This document shows, piece after piece, positions 37,584 to 49,304 of a DNA stretch of 64,000 nt. The translations under genes were made by a program, and so were the position numbers. Within the stretch, counting starts at the first letter, position 1, and every line of letters starts with the position of its first letter. This stretch comes from Dendrobates tinctorius (lineage: Eukaryota). The stretch is from positions 29,202,001 through 29,266,000 of the forward strand of contig NW_027361684.1 of NCBI RefSeq assembly GCF_039654945.1, read 5' to 3'. The notes beneath the pieces are model-generated. The model was not told where the DNA came from. It searched no databases and saw nothing but the letters and a program-made list of their open reading frames with translations.

Positions 37584-40500
37584 CAGGGTCGGACTGGGGT
37601 GTCTAGGGCCCACCAAGGGAATAAATTTTAGGGGCCCACCTACAGTAATGTACAACTCAACATTTAGGCTTTGAGACTGCGGAATTACACCATGGGTTCT
37701 TTTGCCGTATATCCCACGCCAAATCTGCATCATTTCAGCATCCTAATTCTACTAAAAGCTGCACCGTTGTTCATATGCTGCAGATCTTTCCGCACTACAA
37801 TTCATTTAATCCTTTAGGGCCGCAGGCCTGTTTTCACCTTAATGCCCAGGCCATTTTTTGCAAATCTGACCTGTGTTACTTTGAAGTTAAAAAGTGACCC
37901 CATTTTGGAATCTACACCCCCAAGGATTGACGTAGGGGGTATAGTGATCACTTTGTCCCAACAAGAGTTCCATGGTAGATGCTACACAGCCCAGCCAATC
38001 GAAGCGTTCGTATCTGCAGGGGGGGCTAAAATTCGCCCGGACCAGCCAGGCAGCGTTGCTGCCTGCAGGTCTTAGCGACGAAAGCCTCCCGGTACCCGTG
38101 CGATTAGCTGCCCCAATAGGCAGCACAGGTCCCCAATAGGCAGCATTGGTCCCTATAGGCAGCACAGGTCCCCAATAGGCAGCACAGGTCCCCAAAAGGC
38201 AGCACAGGTCCCCAAAAGGCAGCACACGTCCCCAATAGGCAGCATTGGTCCCAAATAGGGAGCAAAGGTCCCCAATAGGCAGCACAGGTCCCCAATAGGC
38301 AGCACAGGTCCCCAATAGGCAGCACAGGTCCCCAATAGGCAGCACAGGTCCCGAATAGGTAGCATTGTACCCAATAGGCAGCACAGGTCCCCAATAGGCA
38401 GCACAGGTCCCCAATAGGCAGCATTGGTCCCCAATAGGCAGCACAGGTCCCGAATAGGCAGCATTGTACCCAATAGGCAGCACAGGTCCCCAATAGGCAG
38501 CACAGGTCCCCAATAGGCAGCACAGGTCCCCAATAGGCAGCATTGGTCCCGAATAGGCAGCACAGGTCCCGAATAGGCAGCACAGGTCCCGAATAGGTAG
38601 CATTGTACCCAATAGGCAGCACAGGTCCCCAATAGGCAGCACAGGTCCCCAATAGGCAGCACTGGTCCCCAATAGGCAGCACAGGTCCCCAATAGGCAGC
38701 ACAGGTCCCGAATAGGTAGCATTGTACCCAATAGGCAGCACAGGTCCCCAATAGGCAGCACAGGTCCCCAATAGGCAGCATTGGTCCCCAATAGGCAGCA
38801 CAGGTCCCGAATAGGCAGCACAGGTCCCGAATAGGTAGCATTGTACCCAATAGGCAGCACAGGTCCCCAATAGGCAGCACAGGTCCCCAATAGGCAGCAC
38901 TGGTCCCCAATAGGCAGCACAGGTCCCCAATAGGCAGCACAGGTCCCCAATAGGCAGCACAGGTCCCCAATAGGCAGCACAGGTCCCGAATAGGTAGCAT
39001 TGTACCCAATAGGCAGCACAGGTCCCCAATAGGCAGCACAGGTCCCCAATAGGCAGCACACGTCCCCAAAAGGTAGCACACGTCCCCAAAAGGTAGCACA
39101 CGTCCCCAAAAGGTAGCACACGTCCCCAAAAGGTAGCACACGTCCCCAATAGGCAACACACGTCCCCAATAGGCAACACACGTCCCCAATAGGCAACACA
39201 CGTCCCCAATAGGCAACACACGTCCCCAATAGGCAACACACGTCCCCAATAGGCAACACACGTCCCCAATAGGCAACACACGTCCCCAATAGGCAACACA
39301 CGTCCCCAATAGGCAACACACGTCCCCAATAGGCAACACACGTCCCCAATAGGCAACACACGTCCCCAATAGGCAACACACGTCCCCAATAGGCAACACA
39401 CGTCCCCAATAGGCAACACACGTCCCCAATAGGCAGCACACGTCCCCAATAGGCAGCACAGGTCCCCAATAGGCAGCACAGGTCCCCAATAGGCAGCACA
39501 GGTCCCCAATAGGCAGCACAGGTCCCCAATAGGCAGCACAGGTCCCCAATAGGCAGCACAGGTCCCCAATAGGCAGCACAGGTCCCCAATAGGCAGCACA
39601 GGTCCCCAATAGGCAGCACAGGTCCCCAATAGGCAGCACAGGTCCCCAATAGGCAGCACAGGTCCCCAATAGGCAGCACAGGTCCCTAGTAGGCAGCACA
39701 GGTCCCCAATAGGCAGCACTGCACAGGTCCCCAATACGCAGCACATACAGACAGTAACTCACTGACCCGGCATTGGCCTGTGTACCAGATACACAGGCGA
39801 CAGGCTGCGACGCGTCTGACTCTGAAGAAGAAGACGACTGTCACTGTAATCCCGCGGCCGCAGTTGAGGCCTCCTGGATGGCCAGGCCCCGCACCGCCCG
39901 TCCTGCTCCTCCGGCCTCCGGGTGTGCGCAAATCACCGGTCCGTCACGCTGCCTGGGCTCAGCTCACATTGACTTGACAAGTCTGGGCAGTGGCGGTGAC
40001 TACTCACAGGTCCCCAATAGGCAGCACAGGTCCCCAATAGGCAGCACAGGTCCCCAATAGGCAGCATTGTTCCCTATAGGCAGCACAGGTCCCCAATAGG
40101 CAGCACAGGTCCCCAATAGGCAGCACAGGTCCCCAATAGGCAGCACAGGTCCCTAGTAGGCAGCACAGGTCTCCAATAGGCAGCACAGGTCTCCAATAGG
40201 CAGCACAGGTCCCCAATAGGCAGCACTGGTCCCCAATAGGCAGCACTGGTCCCCAATAGGCAGCACTGGTCCCCAATAGGCAGCACAGGTCCCCAATAGG
40301 CAGCACAGGTCCCCAATAGGCAGCACAGGTCCCCAATAGGCAGGCACAGGTCCCTAATAGGCAGCACAGGTCCCCAATAGGCAGGCACAGGTCCCCAGTA
40401 GGCAGCACAGGTCCCCAGTAGGCAGGCACTGGTCCCTAGTAGGCAGGCACAGGTCCCCAGTAGGCAGGCACAGGTCCCCAGTAGGCAGCACAGGTCCCCA

Positions 40501-41572
40501 ATAGGCAGCACAGGTCCCCAATAGGCAGCACAGGTCCCCAATAGGCAGCACAGGTCCCCAATAGGCAGCACAGGTCCCCAATAGGCAGCACAGGTCCCCA
40601 ATAGGCAGGCACAGGTCCCTAGTAGGCAGCACAGGTCCCCAATAGGCAGGCACAGGTCCCTAGTAGGCAGCACAGGTCCCCAATAGGCAGGCACAGGTCC
40701 CTAGTAGGCAGCACAGGTCCCCAATAGGCAGGCACAGGTCCCTAGTAGGCAGGCACAGGTCCCTAGTAGGCAGGCACAGGTCCCCAATAGGCAGCACAGG
40801 TCCCCAATAGGCAGCACAGGTCCCCAATAGGCAGCACAGGTCCCCAATAGGCAGCACAGGTCCCCAATAGGCAGCACTGCACAGGTCCCCAATACGCAGC
40901 ACATACAGACAGTAACTCACTGACCCGGCATTGGCCTGTGTACCAGATACACAGGCGACAGGCTGCGACGCGTCTGACTCTGAAGAAGAAGACGACTGTC
41001 ACTGTAATCCCGCGGCCGCAGTTGAGGCCTCCTGGATGGCCAGGCCCCGCACCGCCCGTCCTGCTCCTCCGGCCTCCGGGTGTGCGCAAATCACCGGTCC
41101 GTCACGCTGCCTGGGCTCAGCTCACATTGACTTGACAAGTCTGGGCAGTGGCGGTGACTCCTCCAGCGAGCTCCAGTTACCCGCCAATGCCGCACTGCGT
41201 GCAGGAATCAGGGCGGGGGGCGGGGGCCTCCGGGGTGTGCTGTGCTCTGTCCAGTAGTCAGAGACAGAGCAGAGAACGACCCGACGTATCAATGCGCGGT
41301 ATCCGGCGCGGCGGGCAGGACTAGGAAGCAGAGCAAGAGTCCTAATCTGCTCCTTGCCGGCTGCACTGTAGGAACATCAAAGTACCGGATCGCGGCTGTG
41401 AATCTCCCCGGTTCGGGGAACTGGCTGCTTTTTTAACAACCGGTTCCACCGAACCGGGGAGAACCCGCTGAATGCCACCCCTGGGTACGAGCGACCAGTG
41501 AGTGACAGTGACATTCGGGGGCAGGGCCCACCGAGGGATCCAACGGTACCTCGGTGGGCCAGTCCGAGCCTG
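37584..41572. mobile_element. Non-autonomous hAT element (~4 kb) carrying a minisatellite
   Basis: TIRs CAGGGTCGGACTGG / CCAGTCCGAGCCTG; perfect 8-bp TSD CCCACATC (37576-83, 41573-80). Confidence 0.88.
38110..40900. repeat. 20-bp minisatellite, interrupted by a duplicated unique block
   Basis: ccccaataggcagcacaggt with 19- and 21-bp variants. Confidence 0.95.
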
Positions 41573-42500
41573 CCCACATCACAGCACCCCCATAACAGTG
41601 CCCCCACATCAGCGCACTCCCATAACAGTGCCCCCAGATCAGCGCACTCCCATAACAGTGCCCCCACATCAGCGCACCCCATAACAGTGCCCCCACATCA
41701 GCGCACCCCATAACAGTGCCCCCACATCAGCGCACCCCATAACAGTGCCCCCACATCAGAGCACCCCATAACAGTGCCCTCACAATATAAGTGCCCCCAC
41801 ATCAGAGCACCCCACAACAGTGCCCCCACATCACAGCACCCCATAACAGTGCCCCCACATCAGAGCACCCCATAACAGTGCCCTCACAACATAAGTGCCC
41901 CCACATCAGAGCACCCCATAACAGTGCCCCCACATCACAGCACCCCATAACAGTGCCCCCACATCACAGCACCCCCATAACAGTGCCCCCACATCACAGC
42001 ACCCCCATAACAGTGCCTCCACATCACAGCACCCCCATAACAGTGCCCCCACATCACAGCACCCCCATAACAGTGCCCCCACATCACAGCACCCCATAAC
42101 AGTGCCCCTACGAGACCAGTCTGCCCCACACAGCATTACAGTGCCTCCCCAACGCCATAGTCCCCCCACAATGCTAGTGCCCCCCCAACACCAGAGTGTT
42201 ACATTACCCACACAGCACAAGAGTCCCATAAAATACCAGTGCCCCCCCAACGCCAAAGCGCCACCCATAACAGTGCCCCCAACACCAGTGTCCCATAACA
42301 TAAGTGCCCCCAATGTCAGAGTGCCCCATTGACAGAGCCCCCACAGCATCAAAGCTCCCCCATAACAATGTCTCCACACCAGTGTCCATAACATAACAGT
42401 GCTCTCAATGTCAGCATGCCCCATAACAGTGCCCCCACAACGCCAGAGTGCCCCATAGCAGTGCCCTCACAATGCTGCCCCATAACATAATAATGCCCCT
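41573..42500. repeat. 29-30-bp minisatellite (continues 37484-37583 on the other side of the hAT insertion)
   Basis: cacccccataacagtgcccccacatcacag units, degenerating rightwards. Confidence 0.9.
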
Positions 42501-44465
42501 GTTCACATGTTCATTCTGTTGAGTGTCTCTTAACCTCTTCAGATCTCAAACACACCAAGTGGTGAGAAGTCAGTGACTATTCTTCAGACTTTTCTAGCTT
42601 GGGAGGCAACCTACTTTTCGAATTGGAAAAAAAAAAAAAAAAAAAAGACCCTGGAGACACTTGGGACCCCATTTGAGCATTTTGTAAACATTTTTGCCTC
42701 AAAAACAAATTATTGCATTCAGGTTAGACTGTCAGGTTGGACTGTCGGGTTGGTGCCATTTAGCTACAGCCAGAGTTTTCTTTTCTCCAGCTTGCGCAGT
42801 AGCATCTGTCGGTAGGAGATTCTACAGCGCAGGCCCTGCCACGATGAATGTAATTTTCCCCCCAAACAATAAGTTATACATTATGCAATCTAGGGGGCCG
42901 GTCAGTGAGGGATCAGTGACCTGTCAGGAGCCATACAGACCCCACACAGGCCGCGCCGCAGCACGAGCATATCATTAACTCAAAACTGACAAAGATGATC
43001 ACAATCCTGCTGACAGGTTCCCTCTAATAGATTTTAAAACTAAGAATTACCCAAAAAAGTTTACAGAAAACGCCAGAGAAAAACATTAAATAAAACGTCT
43101 TTTTTGCCCAGCTGAAAAAAAAAAAGTGTAAAAAAAATACCCTTAGGATTCAGCTGTAATTGCCTGTTCCAGCAAGCATCACGTGACCCGATTTGTGGAC
43201 TGGATTTTTTTCTGGGTTCTCTCAATACTCTATTAAGGTTCAGCCTCCTGGTGCCAGAAGAAAATGTATCAAAGACTATGTGCACATGTCGAGTATTTCG
43301 GTGCAGAAATTTCTGCATCTCTTGGTAGGAAAAATGTGCATTTTTGCTGCATTTCCGTTTTTGGACAGCAGTGAATGTTAACCCCTTTCTGACATCGGAC
43401 GTAATAATCCGTCCATGTTCCCTGGGCCTGTTTGACCAGGGACAGATTATTACGTCATTTTTTAAATGCGACCGAAGTCGCGGTGATCACACTAAGATTC
43501 CGGTGTCATCAAGAGCACCGATCATAGGCTGCTGCCTAGCAATGCCAGGCATGGCCTGGACCCACTCTGATTGGTGCAATCTATATAGTCGTTGATCGTG
43601 CCAATCACAGGGCCCAGCCGCAGTGTGACCATACTGTGACCTGCTTAGGATCAGAGCTGTAAGAGCACCAATCCTAGGCTGGTGCCTGGCAATGCTCTGT
43701 GACCTGTGTCACCACGCTGCACATCCTCACAGTAGCTGAGGATTTCTGCAGAGCCGTCATGGTATCAGATTGTCGCTGTGCTGGGCCTTATGGTGCCAAA
43801 GAAGCCTGTGACACCACAATCCCTCAATGCTGAAGAGAGAAGAAAAGAGAAGACAGCTGTAAGTGTTTTGATCCCTGCCAAATCTCTTCTCATCCACACA
43901 AATCCCCCTCTTCTTACCCCCTCCACCCCACTTTGCGCCACCTCTGTACACACATCCAGCAGCCGCTGAGCTTTGATTAGTGACGCAGTTCACCGATCAG
44001 CACACGTGCTCGCTGTTTTACACTTTTCTTTTCACTTTCTTTTCTCTCCAGTTGCTGCTTTTTTTCTTTTCGCTTTTTCTTTTCAAATGAAAAAGCTTAC
44101 AATGCAGAAAACAGAAAAAGATAATGTGAGCTCAATGTTGAAGTCTATAGAAGTCGAACATACATGGAACCACAAGCCGACCACTCATCTGTAGCAATTA
44201 AAAAAAAAACAAAACAAAAAAAAAAACCACACAAAACAAAAAGGAGAACATTCCATCTTCTGGTAAAAATTTTCAGAGTAATCTTTATTCCATCAAAAAA
44301 GAACTTAAGAGACATGATGGACAGGAACAAGCGACGCGACTCGAATACGGTTGTTCTTTATCAAGCTTGGAAATTTTATCAGAAGCTGGAACATTTTTAC
44401 TTTTTTTTTTTTTTTTTTTTAAAGTTTACACCAAGCATACTCTCACATATACAACTAAATAAAGT

Positions 44466-44894
44466 TTCACATGTAGAAGAAGAAACAGACCAGCACTGCT
44501 GCAATGTTCCTGGACTTTCAATGCGATACTGGATCGGGACATACGGGTGCCAAGCCACAGGAAATGCAAAAACCAATGTCCATAATCCTCAGAAGTGAAA
44601 AAGTGACAAATGGCACTCGCCGTCCTCAAATGTCCTTTTTTTTTTTTTTTTTTTTTACATAAAACAGGTGAACGTGGAATGAAAAAGTACCGGACGACGG
44701 CCACTTTGCGCACACAATGCTCTTCTACGGGTCCGTAGAAGCGCATTGTGTACGCGAAATGGCCGTTGTCCGGTACTTTTTCATTCCATGTTCACCTGTT
44801 TTATGTAAAAAACAAAAAAAAAACAAAAACAAACAAAGGACATTTGAGGACGGCGAGTGCCATTTTCCACTTTTTCTTTTCTGAAGATTATGAT
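44466..44894. mobile_element. Palindromic Penelope-like insertion with degenerate hammerhead-like core
   Basis: 14-bp TSD CAACTAAATAAAGT (44452-65, 44895-908); ~150-bp inverted arms meeting at ~44731; core ccgtaga-agcgcattgtgtacgc-gaaatggccgt. Confidence 0.7.
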
Positions 44895-46396
44895 CAACTA
44901 AATAAAGTACTGACACAATCACATGAAAAAAAAAAAAAAATGTCGTCCTGCTCGTCCCAAAAACGCTATTCAGAGGAGGAGGAATATGCTTTACTCGTCT
45001 TCGACACAGAGAGCGAGGGAGAGGATCCCACCTTTCTTTTCAGATTCGACCACCTCAGGTGCTGCCGATCCGCCACACAGACTTCCGAGGATAGGGGAAA
45101 CAGCACTCCCACCCCCATTACAGACCCCGAATGGACCTCGCCCCCCGAAAATTATGAGCCACCGATTCCGGATTTTGTGGCATAATCAGGAATCAAGTTT
45201 GGCACCACCGGCCTCACAGAACTAGTCTTTCTCATAGTCTTTTTCTCTGAGGATTTTGTTAACCTCATGGTGGGCCAAACTAATTTGTATGCTCATCAAT
45301 TTTTGGCACAAAACCCTGATTCATCATTTTCTAACTGGTCTCCTGTAGACACAGTTGAAATAATGCAGTTTTGGGGCCTGGTCCTTCACATGGGGATCTT
45401 GTAGAAGCCAGAACTTTGGCAATATTGGAGTGTTGATGTTTTACACAACAATCCAGTGTCCCGAATGGTCATGGCCCGGACACGTTTTGAGGCCATCCAC
45501 AAATTTCTGCATTATGGTAATGCACGGTGTCCTCCCCGAGATTACCCCAACTTTGACCGTCTCTGTTCAAAGTTCAGCCGGTCATCAAACACTTCAATAA
45601 AAAGTTTGCTGAAGTGTACGTGTCTCAAAGGGACAGCTGCGTGGATGAGTCCCAAAAACGCTAATTGGGCAGATGCTTAGAAGGGGTGACAGCAGAGCCC
45701 AATGCAGCGACCATCTGCTGGTCGTCAAGTACAAGAGGGATGTCTTTTTCTTGAGGACCCTCAGCACTGTACTAGGGACCTCTGCTCAGGTCTGCAAACC
45801 AGACTGTGTTCTGGGGTATAACAAAAACATGGGAGGAGTTGATCTCTGATCAAGTCATCCAGCTTAACAATGCTTTGAGAAAGGCCAAGGTGTGGTACAA
45901 GAAGCTGGCCATGCACATCGTACAGATGGCAATGCTCAATGCTTTCCTGCTGTCACGATTTGCAGGCCAGTCTGCTACGTCTTACCTTCAGTTCCAGGAG
46001 GTAGTGATCAAGGCATTAATCTTTGAAGATCAGGAAGGAGCGAGCTCCAGTACCTCCGGAACTGATGTTGCTTGTATCGTACTAGGTCAATATTTCCTGG
46101 GGGAGGTCCCTCAAAGTGGAAAAGGCAAGTCACAAAAGAGGTGCTGAGTGTGTTATAGAAGGGGAAGTATCATTTCTCCTTGCGGAGAATGACATGCTAA
46201 GCATGTCGAGGTGAGGAGACTTAAAGCCGCAATGCTCCTCTGGGAAATATGCTAATTATGAAAATTGTCTCTTCAGAGAGGAAGAGGACTAGAACTCTAG
46301 TGCCACCTATTGGAGGTAGCAATCCTAAAAGTCAATGTTGACCCTTTAACGAGCCTAGTTACATGACTTAGGATAAAAGCCAAGCCAGAATCTCCA

Positions 46397-46441
46397 TTTG
46401 CAGACACTGTGTTTCGGGGTACTGCCCCTCATCAGTGCAAA
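46397..46441 (-). ncRNA. Type-I hammerhead ribozyme (minus-strand copy)
   Basis: Exact reverse complement of the 46550-46594 motif. Confidence 0.82.
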
Positions 46442-46549
46442 GTGGGAGATCTGGTTTGGCTGTGAGAGAGGCGTCTTCTTACTTCTTACTTATGATACTT
46501 CTTGGATATCGTTCAGACGCCTCTCTCACAGCCAAACCAGATCTCCCAC

Positions 46550-46594
46550 TTTGCACTGATGAGGGGCAGTACCCCGAAACACAGTGTCTGCAAA
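46550..46594 (+). ncRNA. Type-I hammerhead ribozyme (plus-strand copy)
   Basis: Stem I TTTGCA/TGCAAA, core CTGATGA (46556-62), stem II GGGG-CAGTA-CCCC, GAAA, minimal stem III CAC-A-GTG, GUC triplet; predicted cleavage after C46588. Confidence 0.85.
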
Positions 46595-49132
46595 TGGAGA
46601 TTCTGGCTTGGCTTTTATCCTAAGTCATGTAACTAGGCTCGTTAAAGGGTCAACATTGACTTTTAGGATTGCTACCTCCAATAGGTGGCACTAGAGTTCT
46701 AATCCTCTTCCTCTCTGAAGAGACAATTTGCATAATTAGCATAGAAGGGGAATACGCAAGGACTCCATTTATCAATGCGACATCTCCCCAATAAACCTGG
46801 CCTGTGTATGAAAGAATGCTTCAGACTGTACCACACCTCCATGGACTACTAAAATTAATTTCTGACTTACCCAACTGACATATGACAACCTGACAAACAC
46901 TACACAACTCACGTATGCCACTACATTATAAAATTCACATACTATTAAACAGTAGATTAGTTCCAAAAGGGGGCACTTGTGGGGCATTGCCACCGTTTAG
47001 GAACATCTAGATAAGTTCCTTGGGTGGTCTAGTTTCCAAAATGGGGTCACTTATGGGGGGTTCCTACTGTTTAAGCACATCAGGGGCTCTGCAAATGTGA
47101 CATGACGCCAGCAGACCATTCCATCAGTCTGCATTCCAAAATGTCACTACTTCCCTTCCGAGCCCCGACGTGTGCCCATACAGTAGTTTTCTCCCACATA
47201 TGGAGTATCAGCGTACTTAGGACAAATTGCACAACAACTTTTGGGGTCCAATTTCTCCAGTTACCCTTAGGAAAATAAAAAATTGGGGGCTAAAAGATCA
47301 TGTTTGTGGAAAAAAAAACAACAACATGATTTTATATTTTCACGGCTCTACGTTATAAACTTCTGTGAAGCACTTGGGGGTTCAAAGTGCTCACCACACA
47401 TCTAGATAAGTTCCTTGAGGGGTCTAGTTTCCAAAATGGTGTCACTTGTGGGGGGTTTCTACTGTTTAGGCACAACAGGGGCTCTCCAAACGCACCATGG
47501 CGTCCGACCTCAATTCCAGCCAATTTTGCATTTAAAAAGTCAAACGGCGCTCCTTCCCTTCCGAGCTCTGCCGTGCGCCCAGTGTTTTTTCCCCATATAT
47601 TGGATATTGGCATGCTCAGGAGAAATTGCGTTACAAATTATGGGGTTCATTTTTTTCTGTTACCCTTGTGAAAATAAAAAAAAAAGTCTAAAGTTACATT
47701 TTAGTGAAAAAAAAAAAAAAAAGTTAAATGTTCATTTTTTTCCCTTCACATTCCATTAATTCATGTGAAGCACCTGAAGGGTTCATAAACTTCTTGAATG
47801 TGGATTTGATCAGCTTGAGGGGTGCAGTTTTTAGAATGGTGTCACTTTTGGGTATTTTCTGCCATATAGACCCCTCAAAGTGACTTCAAATGTGAGGTGG
47901 TCCCTAAAAAAAAAAATGGTTTTGTAAATTTTGTTGTAAAAATGATAAGTCGCTGGTTAAATTTTAACCCTTATAACTTCCTAACGAAAAAAAATTTGTA
48001 TAAAAAATTGTGCTGCTGTAAAGTGGACATGTAGGAAATGTTGTTTATTAACTATTTTGTGTGACATATTTCGCCAATTTAAGGGCATAAAAATGTAAAG
48101 TTTGAAAATTGCTACATTTTCCAAATTTTTGATTTTTTACACAAATAAATGCAAGTTATATCAAAGAAAATTTACCACTAACGTGAAGTACAATATGTCA
48201 CAAAAAACAGTCTCAGAATCACCGGGATCCATGGAAGCGTTCCAGAGTTATTACATCATAAAGAGACAGTGGTCAGAATTGTAAAAATTGAAGCGGGCAT
48301 TAACGTGCAAACCACTCTGGGGGGTAAAGGGGTTAAAGAGATAAATAAATATAGATATATAAAATTGCACAACCCCACTTCACCCGACATATAAAACTGC
48401 ACCCTGTGGACAGCTTTTTCTGATTAAATAAACAAAATATGGCCCTGGCCACTGCAGTCGTGCTCATACTGTTTTGCACTGATGTCTGCACGAACACATA
48501 TATATATATAGCCTGCAAATATTTCAAAGTGACAATTATCAGTCCTGGAGATAGGCAAACTTAAAGTTCATGGTCGTTGACCGGACTTTGGCTTCACAAT
48601 AGCAGCCTCTTATGCAGTTAGTGATTCAAGACTTTGCCGATTACAAATGTTAAGAATGTTATATTACATCACTATTGTCAAAATCAAGATTACATTAATC
48701 TGCTGCTCAAAGTTGACATTTGGACTGCAATATGGGTAAAGGGTCATTTATCAAACATGGCAAGATGAGATTAAACCTGATTAATGGTTAACACACTTCT
48801 CGTCCTGCATTCACCTAAATAGTTGCACAGGCACAATAACGGTATGTGCACATGTTGCAGATTTGCCTGCGGAAATTTCTGCTCAGAATCTGCATCTCTT
48901 GGCAGAAAACGCAGGTAAAAATCATCGCGCATTTGATGCGGATTTTCATGCATTTTATTCATGCGGATTAGTATGCATTTTTTTAAGCTAAATAAAGATA
49001 TGTTATTTAACAAAAAAAAAAAAAAGAATTGTGATGTCATTTCTTTGTCCAACCTCTTTTACATACTCCATTGAAGAATGTTACACACACACACATAGAT
49101 ATATATCTATAGGTAGAAAAAAATCTGCGTTA

Positions 49133-49304
49133 GGCTGGGGTCACACTTGTGAGAAACTCGCACCTCAATACCCATCACTCGGACCGGAGCATTCAGCTGC
49201 ATAGAAATACATTCAGTCGCTCACTCCAGTCCCGAGTGCAAGCGGCAGTGCCGGGTATTGAGGTGCGAGACTCATGGGAGTTTCTCGAAGGTGTGACCCC
49301 GGCT
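49133..49304. mobile_element. Small Harbinger-like MITE (nested)
   Basis: TTA TSD; TIRs ggctggggtcacac / gtgtgaccccggct. Confidence 0.7.

Larger units (their letters stand above)
46167..46740. mobile_element. Non-coding palindromic element with two hammerhead ribozymes (Penelope-like/retrozyme-type)
   Basis: 12-bp TSD ATAGAAGGGGAA (46155-66, 46741-52); ~229-bp arms (46248-46476, 46515-46743) with only ~2 mismatches around a 38-nt spacer. Confidence 0.85.
44940..46852 (+). pseudogene. PGBD4-like piggyBac transposase pseudogene
   Basis: MSSCSSQKRYSEEE, QTNLYA, FWGLVLHMGI, MARTRFEAIHKFLHY, YNK.MGGVD, WYKKLAMHIVQMAMLNAF and a C-terminal Cys-rich domain split by the 46167-46740 insertion; catalytic middle largely deleted. 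Confidence 0.8.
43382..48332 (+). mobile_element. Decayed piggyBac element with nested insertions
   Basis: TTAA-ccccttt ... aaagggg-TTAA termini; transposase remnant; subterminal repeats 46970-47900. Confidence 0.75.

Noticed and set aside
37887-40920. 500-620 aa Cys-rich ORFs on the minus strand
   Set aside because: Translation of the 20-bp minisatellite; same periodic peptide in every frame.
39773-41257. Duplicated MACVPDTQATG ORF as a small gene pair
   Set aside because: Lies in hAT subterminal sequence, has a non-ATG start and no recognisable domain.
44940-46852. Possible domesticated PGBD gene
   Set aside because: Multiple stops, frameshifts, deletion of the catalytic core and an insertion in the Cys-rich domain.
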